In this document: positions 1 to 7,974 of the stretch, piece after piece | How positions within the stretch are numbered: position 1 is the stretch's first letter | How the letters are laid out: each line of letters starts with the position of its first letter | Assembly (NCBI GenBank): GCA_045580025.1 | Contig: JAZNNB010000030.1 | Span: 17,891-81,890 of the forward strand | From: Clostridia bacterium | GTDB lineage: Bacteria > Bacillota > Clostridia > Monoglobales > Monoglobaceae | Length of the DNA stretch: 64,000 bases | Direction of reading: 5' to 3' | Program-made: the position numbers and the translations under genes | Notes under the pieces: generated by a model | What the model was told of the DNA's origin: nothing | Databases searched by the model: none | What the model saw: only the letters and a program-made list of their open reading frames with translations

Positions 1-1545
1 TGTGCTTTCAGGGTCAAGAAGAAGCGAGCCGTTGTTGTATTTGTCGGTTACTCTTCCTGTTGCAGATGAAACAGTTTCTACCACAAGGTTGGTAAAGTGG
101 TTTACAAACACAATGTCATATACGCTGTTTACGTCAGTATCAAGAAGAACAAGGTTTCCTGTTGCGGGAATAAGCTGGTCGTTGGTTAAAGTTTCAATAA
201 ACTTTCCGTTGTAAATATAAACAGGACTTGCAACTATGCTTGCAGTTCTGGTTGTGGTGTCATTTGTACCTGCTCTCCAGTAAGTTACTGTTTTGTTGGC
301 ACCACTTTCGCCTGTAACAGATTCAATGTTTGTTGCGTTTATTGTGAGTACGTTGTTCTTGCTTTCCTGAGGTTTAACCAAAATAAGTGTTTTCTGGTCA
401 CGTGTTGTGTCTATTCTCGCATAATAAACCACGTTGTAGCCAAGATATTCACGTGCCATTGTTGTACCTTCTTCAAACACACGGTCGTTTATCATAATCT
501 GATTTTCTGACGCGGTACTTCCTCCTGAAAGTGTTGTTTCACTTGTTCCTGTAATCTGTCCGTATGCCTTTTCTACGTTAAGTCGGTCATAAAGAAGTGT
601 TTTGTCAACTACTTCATATATGATATTCGAGCCAAAGCCTGTCTGTTCCATAAGGTTTACAGTAAGACCATTAAATACCAGCTGTGCTATATCTCCTCTT
701 TTTGCAGGGTTTCCGCCTGCTGCAGAAATTCCTTTGAGAAGCTGATTTTCTGATGCAACTGCCATATATCCCGCAGGATACCCGCCTCGCTGCATTGCAA
801 CCGGCTCATAACCAAGTGCTCTTACTAAAATAGTAACCGCTTCCTGAAGAAGAACGTTGTCATCAGGACGGAATGTTCCTATATCATCACCGATAACAAG
901 CCCCTGCTGCTCTGCTACATTGATTGCACCTGTTGCCCAGTGCCCTGCTGGAACGTCAGGAAAACGTGTGGCATATCCTGAACCTGTTGCCACATCTTCA
1001 AGACCTACTGAATAAACTGCAACCTTTGCCATTTCGGAACGAAGAATGGGGTCATCAGGGCGGAAAGCACCGTCTTCTGCGTCACCTACCATAATTCCGA
1101 GAGCATTAAGAACCTCTGCCGCTTCTTCATACTTTGTGCCTGCAATGTCAGGCGAAAGCGCAACACGACGGCTGCTGTATCTTGAAGGAGCCACAGACTC
1201 TGAAAGGCTATCGTTCATCATAGCATTGTTTTTTGTTCTGTTCTGTTCAACAAGAGCCTCGCTGTTGTCCATCGTCTTTGTTGCTCTGGGAGTCGCTGCC
1301 GGCATTTTTGAATTCATATCCTGATTTTTTATGCTGGATTGACTTTCTGTTGCATTAGTGTTTGAGTTGTTTTCTGCCGCATTGTTTCCGGCACTCATCT
1401 GTGTGTTTCCACTGTTTGTACCATTTAACATTTCGGGAGTTTCACCCGACGCAAGAGTATTTCCCTCACCTGCGGCAAAAACATTTATGCCAAATGTGAA
1501 AAGCAAAACTGTCGCTAAGCACAAGGCAATAAATTTTTTTGACAT
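1..1545 (-). CDS. SLH-domain surface protein; only the N-terminal 515 codons are in the window and the C-terminus lies beyond the left edge. Paralog of the 37320-40232 protein.
   Basis: Absent from the ORF track because it is open at the edge. Hand translation of the reverse strand starts at ATG (cat 1543-1545) behind AGAGGAGGA and reads MSKKFIALCLATVLLFTFGINVFAAGEG (signal peptide). An N/S/T-rich linker follows, then SLH repeats (GAFRPDDPILRSEMAKV; FPDVPAGHWATGAINVAEQQGLVIGDDIGTFRPDD; GGYPAGYMAVA). No stop codon occurs down to position 1. Confidence 0.85.
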   Translation of the reverse strand, partial: MSKKFIALCLATVLLFTFGINVFAAGEGNTLASGETPEMLNGTNSGNTQMSAGNNAAENNSNTNATESQSSIKNQDMNSKMPAATPRATKTMDNSEALVEQNRTKNNAMMNDSLSESVAPSRYSSRRVALSPDIAGTKYEEAAEVLNALGIMVGDAEDGAFRPDDPILRSEMAKVAVYSVGLEDVATGSGYATRFPDVPAGHWATGAINVAEQQGLVIGDDIGTFRPDDNVLLQEAVTILVRALGYEPVAMQRGGYPAGYMAVASENQLLKGISAAGGNPAKRGDIAQLVFNGLTVNLMEQTGFGSNIIYEVVDKTLLYDRLNVEKAYGQITGTSETTLSGGSTASENQIMINDRVFEEGTTMAREYLGYNVVYYARIDTTRDQKTLILVKPQESKNNVLTINATNIESVTGESGANKTVTYWRAGTNDTTTRTASIVASPVYIYNGKFIETLTNDQLIPATGNLVLLDTDVNSVYDIVFVNHFTNLVVETVSSATGRVTDKYNNGSLLLDPEST

Positions 1546-1709
1546 TTTTATTCCTCCTCTTTTAAAATTGAAAATGTTTCGCTTTTATTGTGTGTCGTCA
1601 AAAAAAAATTACAACACAAATTTTTTGGCTTATTGACAAAAATATTCCTATTCTCCAATAGTTTAATCAATTTGTAATAAATATGTAAAAATTTTTTAGA
1701 TAAATATAG

Positions 1710-1738
1710 TTGAAATATCTAAAAATATATGATAGAAT
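1710..1738 (+). promoter_or_regulatory. Candidate sigma-A promoter for the 1815 SLH gene
   Basis: TTGAAA (1710-1715), 17-nt spacer, TAGAAT (1733-1738) with an extended TGa just upstream. It lies about 75 nt before the start codon. Confidence 0.45.
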
Positions 1739-1814
1739 AAAATTGTTAAAAAATAACTTTAACACAAATTTGATACTTATTAACAACATAAACCTATACC
1801 AAGGGGGAATTCAA

Positions 1815-3635
1815 ATGATTAACAAAAAACTTTTGAGCAGCATTATCTGTGTGGTATTTCTGCTCTCAACCCTGTCTGTTGCGGCACTGCCTTTTTCTGA
1901 TGTGGAAAACGACCCGACAGTAGAATGGGCTAAGCCATACATAAACGAAATGGCAGAGCTTGGCTACATCAAAGGTTATGAAGACGGCACATTCAAGCCC
2001 AACAACACAATTTCAAAAACCGAAGCCCTCATTCTTCTTTCAAGAATGATAGGGGTTAACGATGAAAGTTTTGCAGATTCCCTTGAATATGCAGTTTCAG
2101 AATACAAAGACACCCTCAGCAAATTTTCAACAAACTACGCGAAAGAGGTTTCTTTCCTCCTTTATTTTGGAATTCTTGATGCTGATGACCTCAGTTCCTA
2201 CATTTCAAACGCAAACAAAAACACAGCGCTCAAAAGATATGAGGCTGCTGTTCTTCTCACAAAGCTTTTAGGTGCCGAAGAAGAAGTTTTAGGCAATGCT
2301 TTTGTTTCATCTTCATACGCTGACACAGTTGAAATTCCTGATTCTGCACGTGCTTATGTTGAATATGTTAAAGAAAAAGGTATTATGCAAGGTATGGGAA
2401 ATAACGAACAAGGTCAGCCAATGTTCTCACCCAATACATCGGTTACACGTTCACAGATGGCAAAAATGCTTTACAGCCTTATTGATGTAATTGACCTTTC
2501 ATCACAGACAGGCACTGTTGTTTCCGTTGATACTTTCAATGAAACAATTACTGTTACAATCGGTGGAAGTGACATCGTATACAACATCAAAGCAAATACA
2601 AAATTCAAAGCAAACGGCAAGGACGTTAAATCAACAGACCTCAAAAAAGGTATGTCTGTAAAAGTTACTCACATTGCAGGTGATGTTGCTCTCATTGAAA
2701 ACAACGTGGTTATCGAAGATTCTGTTATCTATGGTCTTGTTTCTGCAATTAAGGATTCTACCACAAAATCTGTTACCATCGCTGACGCAAACAACAAGGA
2801 AAACGTTTCAACATACGTCCTTGCTGACAATGCAAAAATAAGAGTAAATGGTGCCATTGACCTTTTCGGCAAGGTTAAGGCAAACAACTATGTGGCACTT
2901 ACTTTGGTTAACGGTCTTGTTGAAACTCTTGAGGTTATTGATAAAAATACAACAGCAACCGGTACACTTGATTCCATCGATGCATCTGGTGAATTCACAG
3001 TTCTTTATGTAAAAGAATCATCAGGAGAAGTTAACGGCTATGAAATCTCAGCCGACGGCGTTGACGTTGCAAGAAACAGCCTTTCATCAAGTCTCAATCA
3101 GCTTATGACTGGCGACACGGTTGTTCTTAAAATGACATACGGCAAGGTTACAAAGATTTCAGCAAGCAGCAAGAATCAAAGTCTTTCAGGCTCAATCTCA
3201 TACATCACTCATTCAAAGGACGGCTCAGTAATCGGTCTTGAAACATCAAACTCTCTCACTGAATATAAAGTTAACAAGAGCGTTTCTGTTCTCATTGACT
3301 CAACCGAGGAAGGCACAGTTTATGACCTCCGTCCCGGCACAGATATTGACATCACTCTCCAGAGCAGCGAAATCATCACTATCAAAGCCGCAAGCGTTGT
3401 TGCAAAATCTTCACTCAACGGAACAGTTCAAAGCATAAATGCAACATATGGACTTATGGTTGTTAAAGAAAATGGGGTTGACTACAACGTATTTGTTAAC
3501 TCAAGCACAAAGATTATTGACAGCGTATCAGGACGAAACATTCTTCTCAAGAGCGTTGAAAAGGGAAGATTTGTTACTATTACAGGTTCAAACGCATCCG
3601 GTGTTCTGGAAGCATCTGTTATCGTAATTCAGTAA
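1815..3635 (+). CDS. SLH-domain cell-wall-anchored protein with five C-terminal tandem beta-rich repeats of about 70 aa
   Basis: ATG at 1815 follows AAGGGGG. Signal peptide MINKKLLSSIICVVFLLSTLSVAA. SLH motifs include FSDVENDPTVEWAKPYINEMAELGYIKGYEDGTFKPNNTISKTEA and VEYVKEKGIMQGMG..FSPNTSVTRSQMAKML. The track start at 1710 lies in AT-rich promoter DNA. Confidence 0.9.
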   Translation: MINKKLLSSIICVVFLLSTLSVAALPFSDVENDPTVEWAKPYINEMAELGYIKGYEDGTFKPNNTISKTEALILLSRMIGVNDESFADSLEYAVSEYKDTLSKFSTNYAKEVSFLLYFGILDADDLSSYISNANKNTALKRYEAAVLLTKLLGAEEEVLGNAFVSSSYADTVEIPDSARAYVEYVKEKGIMQGMGNNEQGQPMFSPNTSVTRSQMAKMLYSLIDVIDLSSQTGTVVSVDTFNETITVTIGGSDIVYNIKANTKFKANGKDVKSTDLKKGMSVKVTHIAGDVALIENNVVIEDSVIYGLVSAIKDSTTKSVTIADANNKENVSTYVLADNAKIRVNGAIDLFGKVKANNYVALTLVNGLVETLEVIDKNTTATGTLDSIDASGEFTVLYVKESSGEVNGYEISADGVDVARNSLSSSLNQLMTGDTVVLKMTYGKVTKISASSKNQSLSGSISYITHSKDGSVIGLETSNSLTEYKVNKSVSVLIDSTEEGTVYDLRPGTDIDITLQSSEIITIKAASVVAKSSLNGTVQSINATYGLMVVKENGVDYNVFVNSSTKIIDSVSGRNILLKSVEKGRFVTITGSNASGVLEASVIVIQ

Positions 3636-3653
3636 AAATTCCGCAATTTAAAA

Positions 3654-3684
3654 AGACCGCATCAGATGATGCGGTCTTTTGTTG
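3654..3684 (+). terminator. Rho-independent terminator
   Basis: Stem agaccgcatc / gatgcggtct with a 4-nt loop, followed by ttttgttg. Confidence 0.85.
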
Positions 3685-3737
3685 TATAAAAAAACTTTTT
3701 GATGTAAATACTTTCCATATACAAGGTGGTGTTTTCA

Positions 3738-4055
3738 TTGATAGATAAAAAATCAAGACGTGTCGTAATAATAAATAACATAGAGTCCGACACAATCGAT
3801 CAGGCAATTTTCATCCTGAAATCCGACAAGGTAGCATCAGAAATCAAAAGTTTTGATGCAGACATTTCCCTTGAAGCACAAAAAATAATCGACAACTATA
3901 TAAATCAAGTGGAACGGCTAAAAAAAGTTCAGGAGCCTTTCTCCTCAAAACAAAAAAAACAGTCCAAATCCAAAAAACCATCATTTTTGCTTCCTGTAAC
4001 ACTTACAGCGTCATTTATGCTTGCGGTGTTTTTCCTTATGGTATATTTCGGTTGA
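3738..4055 (+). CDS. Hypothetical small tail-anchored membrane protein
   Basis: AAGGTGG lies 9 nt upstream of the in-frame TTG at 3738 (the track uses GTG 3726). The N-terminal part is soluble (IDKKSRRVVIINNIESDTIDQAIFILKSD), followed by a K/S-rich linker and one C-terminal TM (FLLPVTLTASFMLAVFFLMVYFG). I recognise no family. Confidence 0.55.
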   Translation: MIDKKSRRVVIINNIESDTIDQAIFILKSDKVASEIKSFDADISLEAQKIIDNYINQVERLKKVQEPFSSKQKKQSKSKKPSFLLPVTLTASFMLAVFFLMVYFG

Positions 4056-4057
4056 TT

Positions 4058-4546
4058 CTATAAAAGCTCGCGTATATTGATAATTCCAAGTCCCTTTTCC
4101 CTTGCATAATCAACCGTATAAGCTGTACCCCCGCTTCTTCTGGTTTTGTAGGCAATACAGATGCTGCTGTTTTCCACCATAAACTTATTTCGAAGCTGCA
4201 TACACCCCGTACAATACTGCTCCATGACATAAACAATTTCATCAGCATTTCTGAGCACTTTTTCATAGCGCCTTTTATCAACAGGTAACCATTTAATATT
4301 CTGGTCACGGCAGGGCAGTGCCATAATAAGTTTAAGCTTTGGAATCTCCCTCTTTTTTTGCAAAACAACCTCAGCCGCAAGTAAATCAAAGCCAAGTGCT
4401 CCACCAGAAATAAACTGAGTATAGCCCTTCCCCGCAAGGTCACAAATGACCTCACCTAAAATATCTACGATTTTTTCTTTGTCACCGTACGGCAAATCCC
4501 TATGTCCGCTGAAACAACAGCTATTTATCTTTTCTTCCTCTTTCAT
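4058..4546 (-). CDS. SLOG-superfamily DUF1273 protein (YpsA/YoqJ-like)
   Basis: 162 aa. Motifs are CCFSGHRDLP near the N-terminus, a Rossmann-like GYTQFISGGALGFDLLAAEVVL segment, and SGGTAYTVDYA. The stop lies 3 nt from the stop of the convergent 3738-4055 gene. Confidence 0.8.
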   Translation of the reverse strand: MKEEEKINSCCFSGHRDLPYGDKEKIVDILGEVICDLAGKGYTQFISGGALGFDLLAAEVVLQKKREIPKLKLIMALPCRDQNIKWLPVDKRRYEKVLRNADEIVYVMEQYCTGCMQLRNKFMVENSSICIAYKTRRSGGTAYTVDYAREKGLGIINIRELL

Positions 4547-4678
4547 ACTTTTTATCCTTTGGGTATTTTTGATAAATAGTTTATCATATCAAAAAAACAT
4601 TTGTCAATCATCCGTATTTACTTTTATGAAACTTTGTGTTAATATATTTTCATATTGATTTTGAGGGAGGATGTATCT

Positions 4679-5050
4679 TTGACTCTTTTTAAACAAGTCT
4701 TTTTGCTTTTTTTTGTATGCTGTATCGGGGAACTTGTTTCCTTATTTTTGCCTTTTCCTATGCCCGGAAGCGTTATTGCCCTCATAATTTTATTTATTTG
4801 TTTACTTATAAAGACCATCCGTCCAGTACAGATTGACACTGTATGTAACTTTCTTCTTGGAAATATGTCTTTTATTTTTATACCATCTACCGTTTCAATA
4901 CTTGCTTATATTGATGTTTTTAAGAATATTTTGTGGCAGTTTCTTTTTATTTGTATTGCGACTACCATAATTACATTTTTCGCCACAGCCTATGCTGTGA
5001 AACTTACCATGCATCTTTTATCAAAAAAGGAGGGCAAAGAAAATGCTTAA
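4679..5050 (+). CDS. lrgA: CidA/LrgA-family holin-like membrane protein
   Basis: GGGAGG lies 8 nt upstream of TTG 4679. The protein has four TM segments and the LrgA-like motif PFPMPGSVIALIILF. It overlaps the following lrgB-like gene by 8 nt. Confidence 0.8.
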   Translation: MTLFKQVFLLFFVCCIGELVSLFLPFPMPGSVIALIILFICLLIKTIRPVQIDTVCNFLLGNMSFIFIPSTVSILAYIDVFKNILWQFLFICIATTIITFFATAYAVKLTMHLLSKKEGKENA

Positions 5051-5723
5051 TCAGTTTACCGCATCTCCCATTTTTGGTTTTACCCTCTGCGTTGCATCTT
5101 ATCTGGTAGGCCTTGGAATTAAAAAGAGATTCAATTATCCAATAGCAAACCCCATGATTATCGCCTCAATAATTATCATAGGAATTTTGCTGATTTTCAA
5201 AATCCCACTCGAAAACTTTATGACAGGCGGCTCGTTTGTTCTTATGTTTCTTGCTCCCGCAACAGCTGCCCTTGCACTTTCCATGTACCGCCAGCTTGAA
5301 ATTATAAAGAAAAACCTGATACCCATTTTGGTCGGCTGCATTGTTGGTGCCGTTTCTGCCCTTGTCAGCATAATCGTCTTGTGCCGCGTTTTTGGAATTT
5401 CCGGCGAAATAACCGCAAGCCTGATTCCAAAATCAATTACCACAGCCATCGCCACTGAGCTGTCAAGTCAGCTTGGAGGTATACCTCCCGTCACCGTGGC
5501 AGCTGTCAGCGTTACCGGAATTTTCGGAGCCATCGCATCACCATATCTCATCCGCTGGTCTCGCCTTAACAATTCCATAGCGGCAGGTCTTGCCATCGGG
5601 GCATCAAGCCACGCTCTTGGCACGACAAAAGCCATCGAAATCGGTGAGGTTGAGGGTAGTGTCAGCGGCATTGCCGTGGGGCTTTGCGGAATTGTCACTG
5701 TGCTTTTAGCAATTTTCCTTTAA
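5043..5723 (+). CDS. lrgB: LrgB/CidB-family membrane protein
   Basis: 226 aa polytopic membrane protein, translationally coupled to the LrgA-like gene. The N-terminus and G/A-rich helices are typical of LrgB. Confidence 0.85.
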   Translation: MLNQFTASPIFGFTLCVASYLVGLGIKKRFNYPIANPMIIASIIIIGILLIFKIPLENFMTGGSFVLMFLAPATAALALSMYRQLEIIKKNLIPILVGCIVGAVSALVSIIVLCRVFGISGEITASLIPKSITTAIATELSSQLGGIPPVTVAAVSVTGIFGAIASPYLIRWSRLNNSIAAGLAIGASSHALGTTKAIEIGEVEGSVSGIAVGLCGIVTVLLAIFL

Positions 5724-5741
5724 TAAAAATTTCATTAAATT

Positions 5742-5772
5742 AGGCGTGCTCAAGTCTGAGCACGCCTTTTTC
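5742..5772 (+). terminator. Rho-independent terminator between convergent genes
   Basis: Stem aggcgtgctca / tgagcacgcct with a 4-nt loop, followed by ttttt. Confidence 0.85.
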
Positions 5773-5782
5773 AAACCCTTTT

Positions 5783-6304
5783 CTACTTTCTTAAAATTTT
5801 TCTTACAATTAAAAATATCACAGCCCCCAAAACTATCCCACCCAAAATATCCGTTGGGAAATGAACAAAAAGATAAAGTCTGGTGAAAGCCATAATAATT
5901 GCAACTAAGAGAGTGACCATCCCCCATTTTTTGTTTTGCGAAAGAATCACAAACGCTGACAAAAATGACGAATATGTGTGCCCCGACGGAAAAGAAAAAT
6001 CTTCAGGAATTGGAATCAGCATCTTTGGGACATCAAAAATCCAGCAAGGTCTTGGCCTTGAAAAGAGAGTTTTGAAAAAGAGGTTCCCGAGAACCAGACA
6101 CAAAACCAATCCTGCCGAAAGGGCTATTCCCAAACGTCTATATTTTTTTGTTGCGAGAAGAACTATCGCCAGAACAATCCATATAAAGCCACTGTTCCCA
6201 AACCACGAAACCCTTGGCACCAGAAAATCCAAAAAATCAGACCTGGTGAAACGGTGTATTGCTTCAAGAATTTCAAACTCAATATTTTCAGTTCCAAACA
6301 GCAC
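5783..6304 (-). CDS. PAP2-family phosphatase (BcrC-like undecaprenyl-diphosphatase candidate)
   Basis: Acid-phosphatase motifs KTLFSRPRP, PSGH and HFPTDILGG are present in a multi-TM protein. Confidence 0.85.
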   Translation of the reverse strand: MLFGTENIEFEILEAIHRFTRSDFLDFLVPRVSWFGNSGFIWIVLAIVLLATKKYRRLGIALSAGLVLCLVLGNLFFKTLFSRPRPCWIFDVPKMLIPIPEDFSFPSGHTYSSFLSAFVILSQNKKWGMVTLLVAIIMAFTRLYLFVHFPTDILGGIVLGAVIFLIVRKILRK

Positions 6305-6318
6305 AAAATCACCTCAAA

Positions 6319-6798
6319 TCAGATTCCAAAAGCCGCCAGAACTCCGCCTGTAACCAACGCCACAATCAGCCCTGCGCCCACAACGCCAAGAAAAATGGCA
6401 GGAATTGCATCTTTCAGCCGCATTTCAAGCATAGCGGCAACCAAAGCACCTGTCCACGCACCTGTTCCCGGAAGAGGTATTGCCACAAGAATGAAAAGAC
6501 CCCAGAACTTGTATCGGTCAACCACCTTACGGTTTTTTTCCGCTTTTTGTTCCATTGTCAAAACCACTTTGTCAAGCTTTTTGCTTATTGCTCGCATCCA
6601 CTCAAAAATCTTTCGTATGAATAAGATTATGAACGGCACCGGTATCATATTTCCCACAATGGAAACTAAAATCGCCAACCACAAATCAAGCCCGCTTGCT
6701 GTGGCAATGGGAATAGCTCCGCGAAGCTCAACAACAGGAACCATAGAAATAAAAAATGTTGTAAAAATTTTACCCCAAAAAGTGTCAAAAAAAGCCAT
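6319..6798 (-). CDS. Small multidrug-export-like membrane protein (COG2426 / Sm_multidrug_ex family)
   Basis: N-terminal motif ISMVPVVELRGAIPIA. ATG 6798 follows GGAGA by 7 nt (the track start is TTG 6801). Confidence 0.75.
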   Translation of the reverse strand: MAFFDTFWGKIFTTFFISMVPVVELRGAIPIATASGLDLWLAILVSIVGNMIPVPFIILFIRKIFEWMRAISKKLDKVVLTMEQKAEKNRKVVDRYKFWGLFILVAIPLPGTGAWTGALVAAMLEMRLKDAIPAIFLGVVGAGLIVALVTGGVLAAFGI

Positions 6799-6882
6799 CA
6801 AAATTTCTCCGTTTATTTTCTCTATATCCTAATTATACCTTTATCCAAAGCACTTGTCAACAAAACAAATTTGAACTTTTTG

Positions 6883-7836
6883 TTACTTAAAATATATCTC
6901 TACTCCAAACTCTTTTGCAAGAATTTTCGCCTCCTCCCTGCCAAGTACAAAGCAGGCTGTGGCTAAACAATCCCCCAAAAGACTGCTTTCTCCTACGATG
7001 GTTACGCTGCTATAATCCGCGTCTTTCGGATAGCCCGTTTCGGGGTCCAATATATGATGATACTTCTTTCCGTCCTTCTCGAAAAATCTCTGGTATGTTC
7101 CGCTTGTGACAACACTACCCTCATCTATATGAACTACCTGGTCATATTCCCCCGCAACTTCAAAGGGTTTTTGCAAACCTATCCGCCACTTCCCATCCTT
7201 TACATCACGATTTTGTCCTACGCAGCAAATATTTCCACCCAAATCCACTATGGCACCGCTGACGCCATAGCTTTCAAGAATTTCCATTGCTATGTCTCCG
7301 GCATAGCCTTTTGCAGCGCCGCCCAAGTCTATTTTGGTTTCATCTGCACTTTTCACAACAGTTCTTTTTTCCGCATCAAAAACTATCGCATTTCTTCCGC
7401 AAATTTCAAGTGCCTTTTTGATTTCAACGTCACTTGGCACACGTCCGTCCTTGTCAAATTCCCACAAGGAAGATACAGGTGCAAGGCTTATGTCAAACGC
7501 CCCGCTTGACGCTTCCTCCACCTTCTTTGCAGCAGAAATGATTTCATACATATGGTCAGAAAGTGTTATGACCTCGTCTTTTTTTGCAGAATTTATTCTT
7601 CCAACCTCCGACTCTTTCCCAAAAAAGTCGGTAATTTTATGAATTTCACGGAGCTCCCGAAACACAGCATCCACCGCATCTTCGGTATTATGCCCGTATG
7701 CACTTACACTGCAATATGTATCAAACAAAAATTCGGTTTTTTCAACGCACGGATTCTGTAACTTTTCCTTAAAATAAAGCCCTGCAAAAACTGTCAAAAG
7801 CAGAACCGCACTAAAGCCCCAGACAAACTTTTTCAT
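6883..7836 (-). CDS. apbE: FAD:protein FMN transferase (ApbE family), membrane-anchored
   Basis: IDLGGAAKGYAGD motif and an ApbE-like C-terminus. ATG 7836 follows AAGGAGA. The N-terminus is a TM anchor (MKKFVWGFSAVLLLTVFAGLYF). Confidence 0.85.
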   Translation of the reverse strand: MKKFVWGFSAVLLLTVFAGLYFKEKLQNPCVEKTEFLFDTYCSVSAYGHNTEDAVDAVFRELREIHKITDFFGKESEVGRINSAKKDEVITLSDHMYEIISAAKKVEEASSGAFDISLAPVSSLWEFDKDGRVPSDVEIKKALEICGRNAIVFDAEKRTVVKSADETKIDLGGAAKGYAGDIAMEILESYGVSGAIVDLGGNICCVGQNRDVKDGKWRIGLQKPFEVAGEYDQVVHIDEGSVVTSGTYQRFFEKDGKKYHHILDPETGYPKDADYSSVTIVGESSLLGDCLATACFVLGREEAKILAKEFGVEIYFK

Positions 7837-7905
7837 TTGCTTTCTCCTTACCTGAAATTTTATACCTTTATATAATAACACAAATATAATTTGCCGTCAA
7901 TCTTC

Positions 7906-7934
7906 TTTACTTTTAAAGAACTTTATGGTATAAT
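7906..7934 (+). promoter_or_regulatory. Candidate sigma-A promoter of the murJ operon
   Basis: TTTACT (7906-7911), 17-nt spacer, TATAAT (7929-7934) with an extended TGg upstream. Confidence 0.5.
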
Positions 7935-7974
7935 TGTTTTATATCTACAACTATGCTGAAAGGAGGAATCTTTT

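Noticed and set aside
4036-4455. A 139-aa minus-strand ORF overlapping the SLOG gene in another frame. Other alternative-frame ORFs lie inside real genes, for example 5135-5455, 33371-33580 and 52110-52487.
   Set aside because: Each lies within a better-supported gene in a different frame or on the other strand, and none has its own translation signals.
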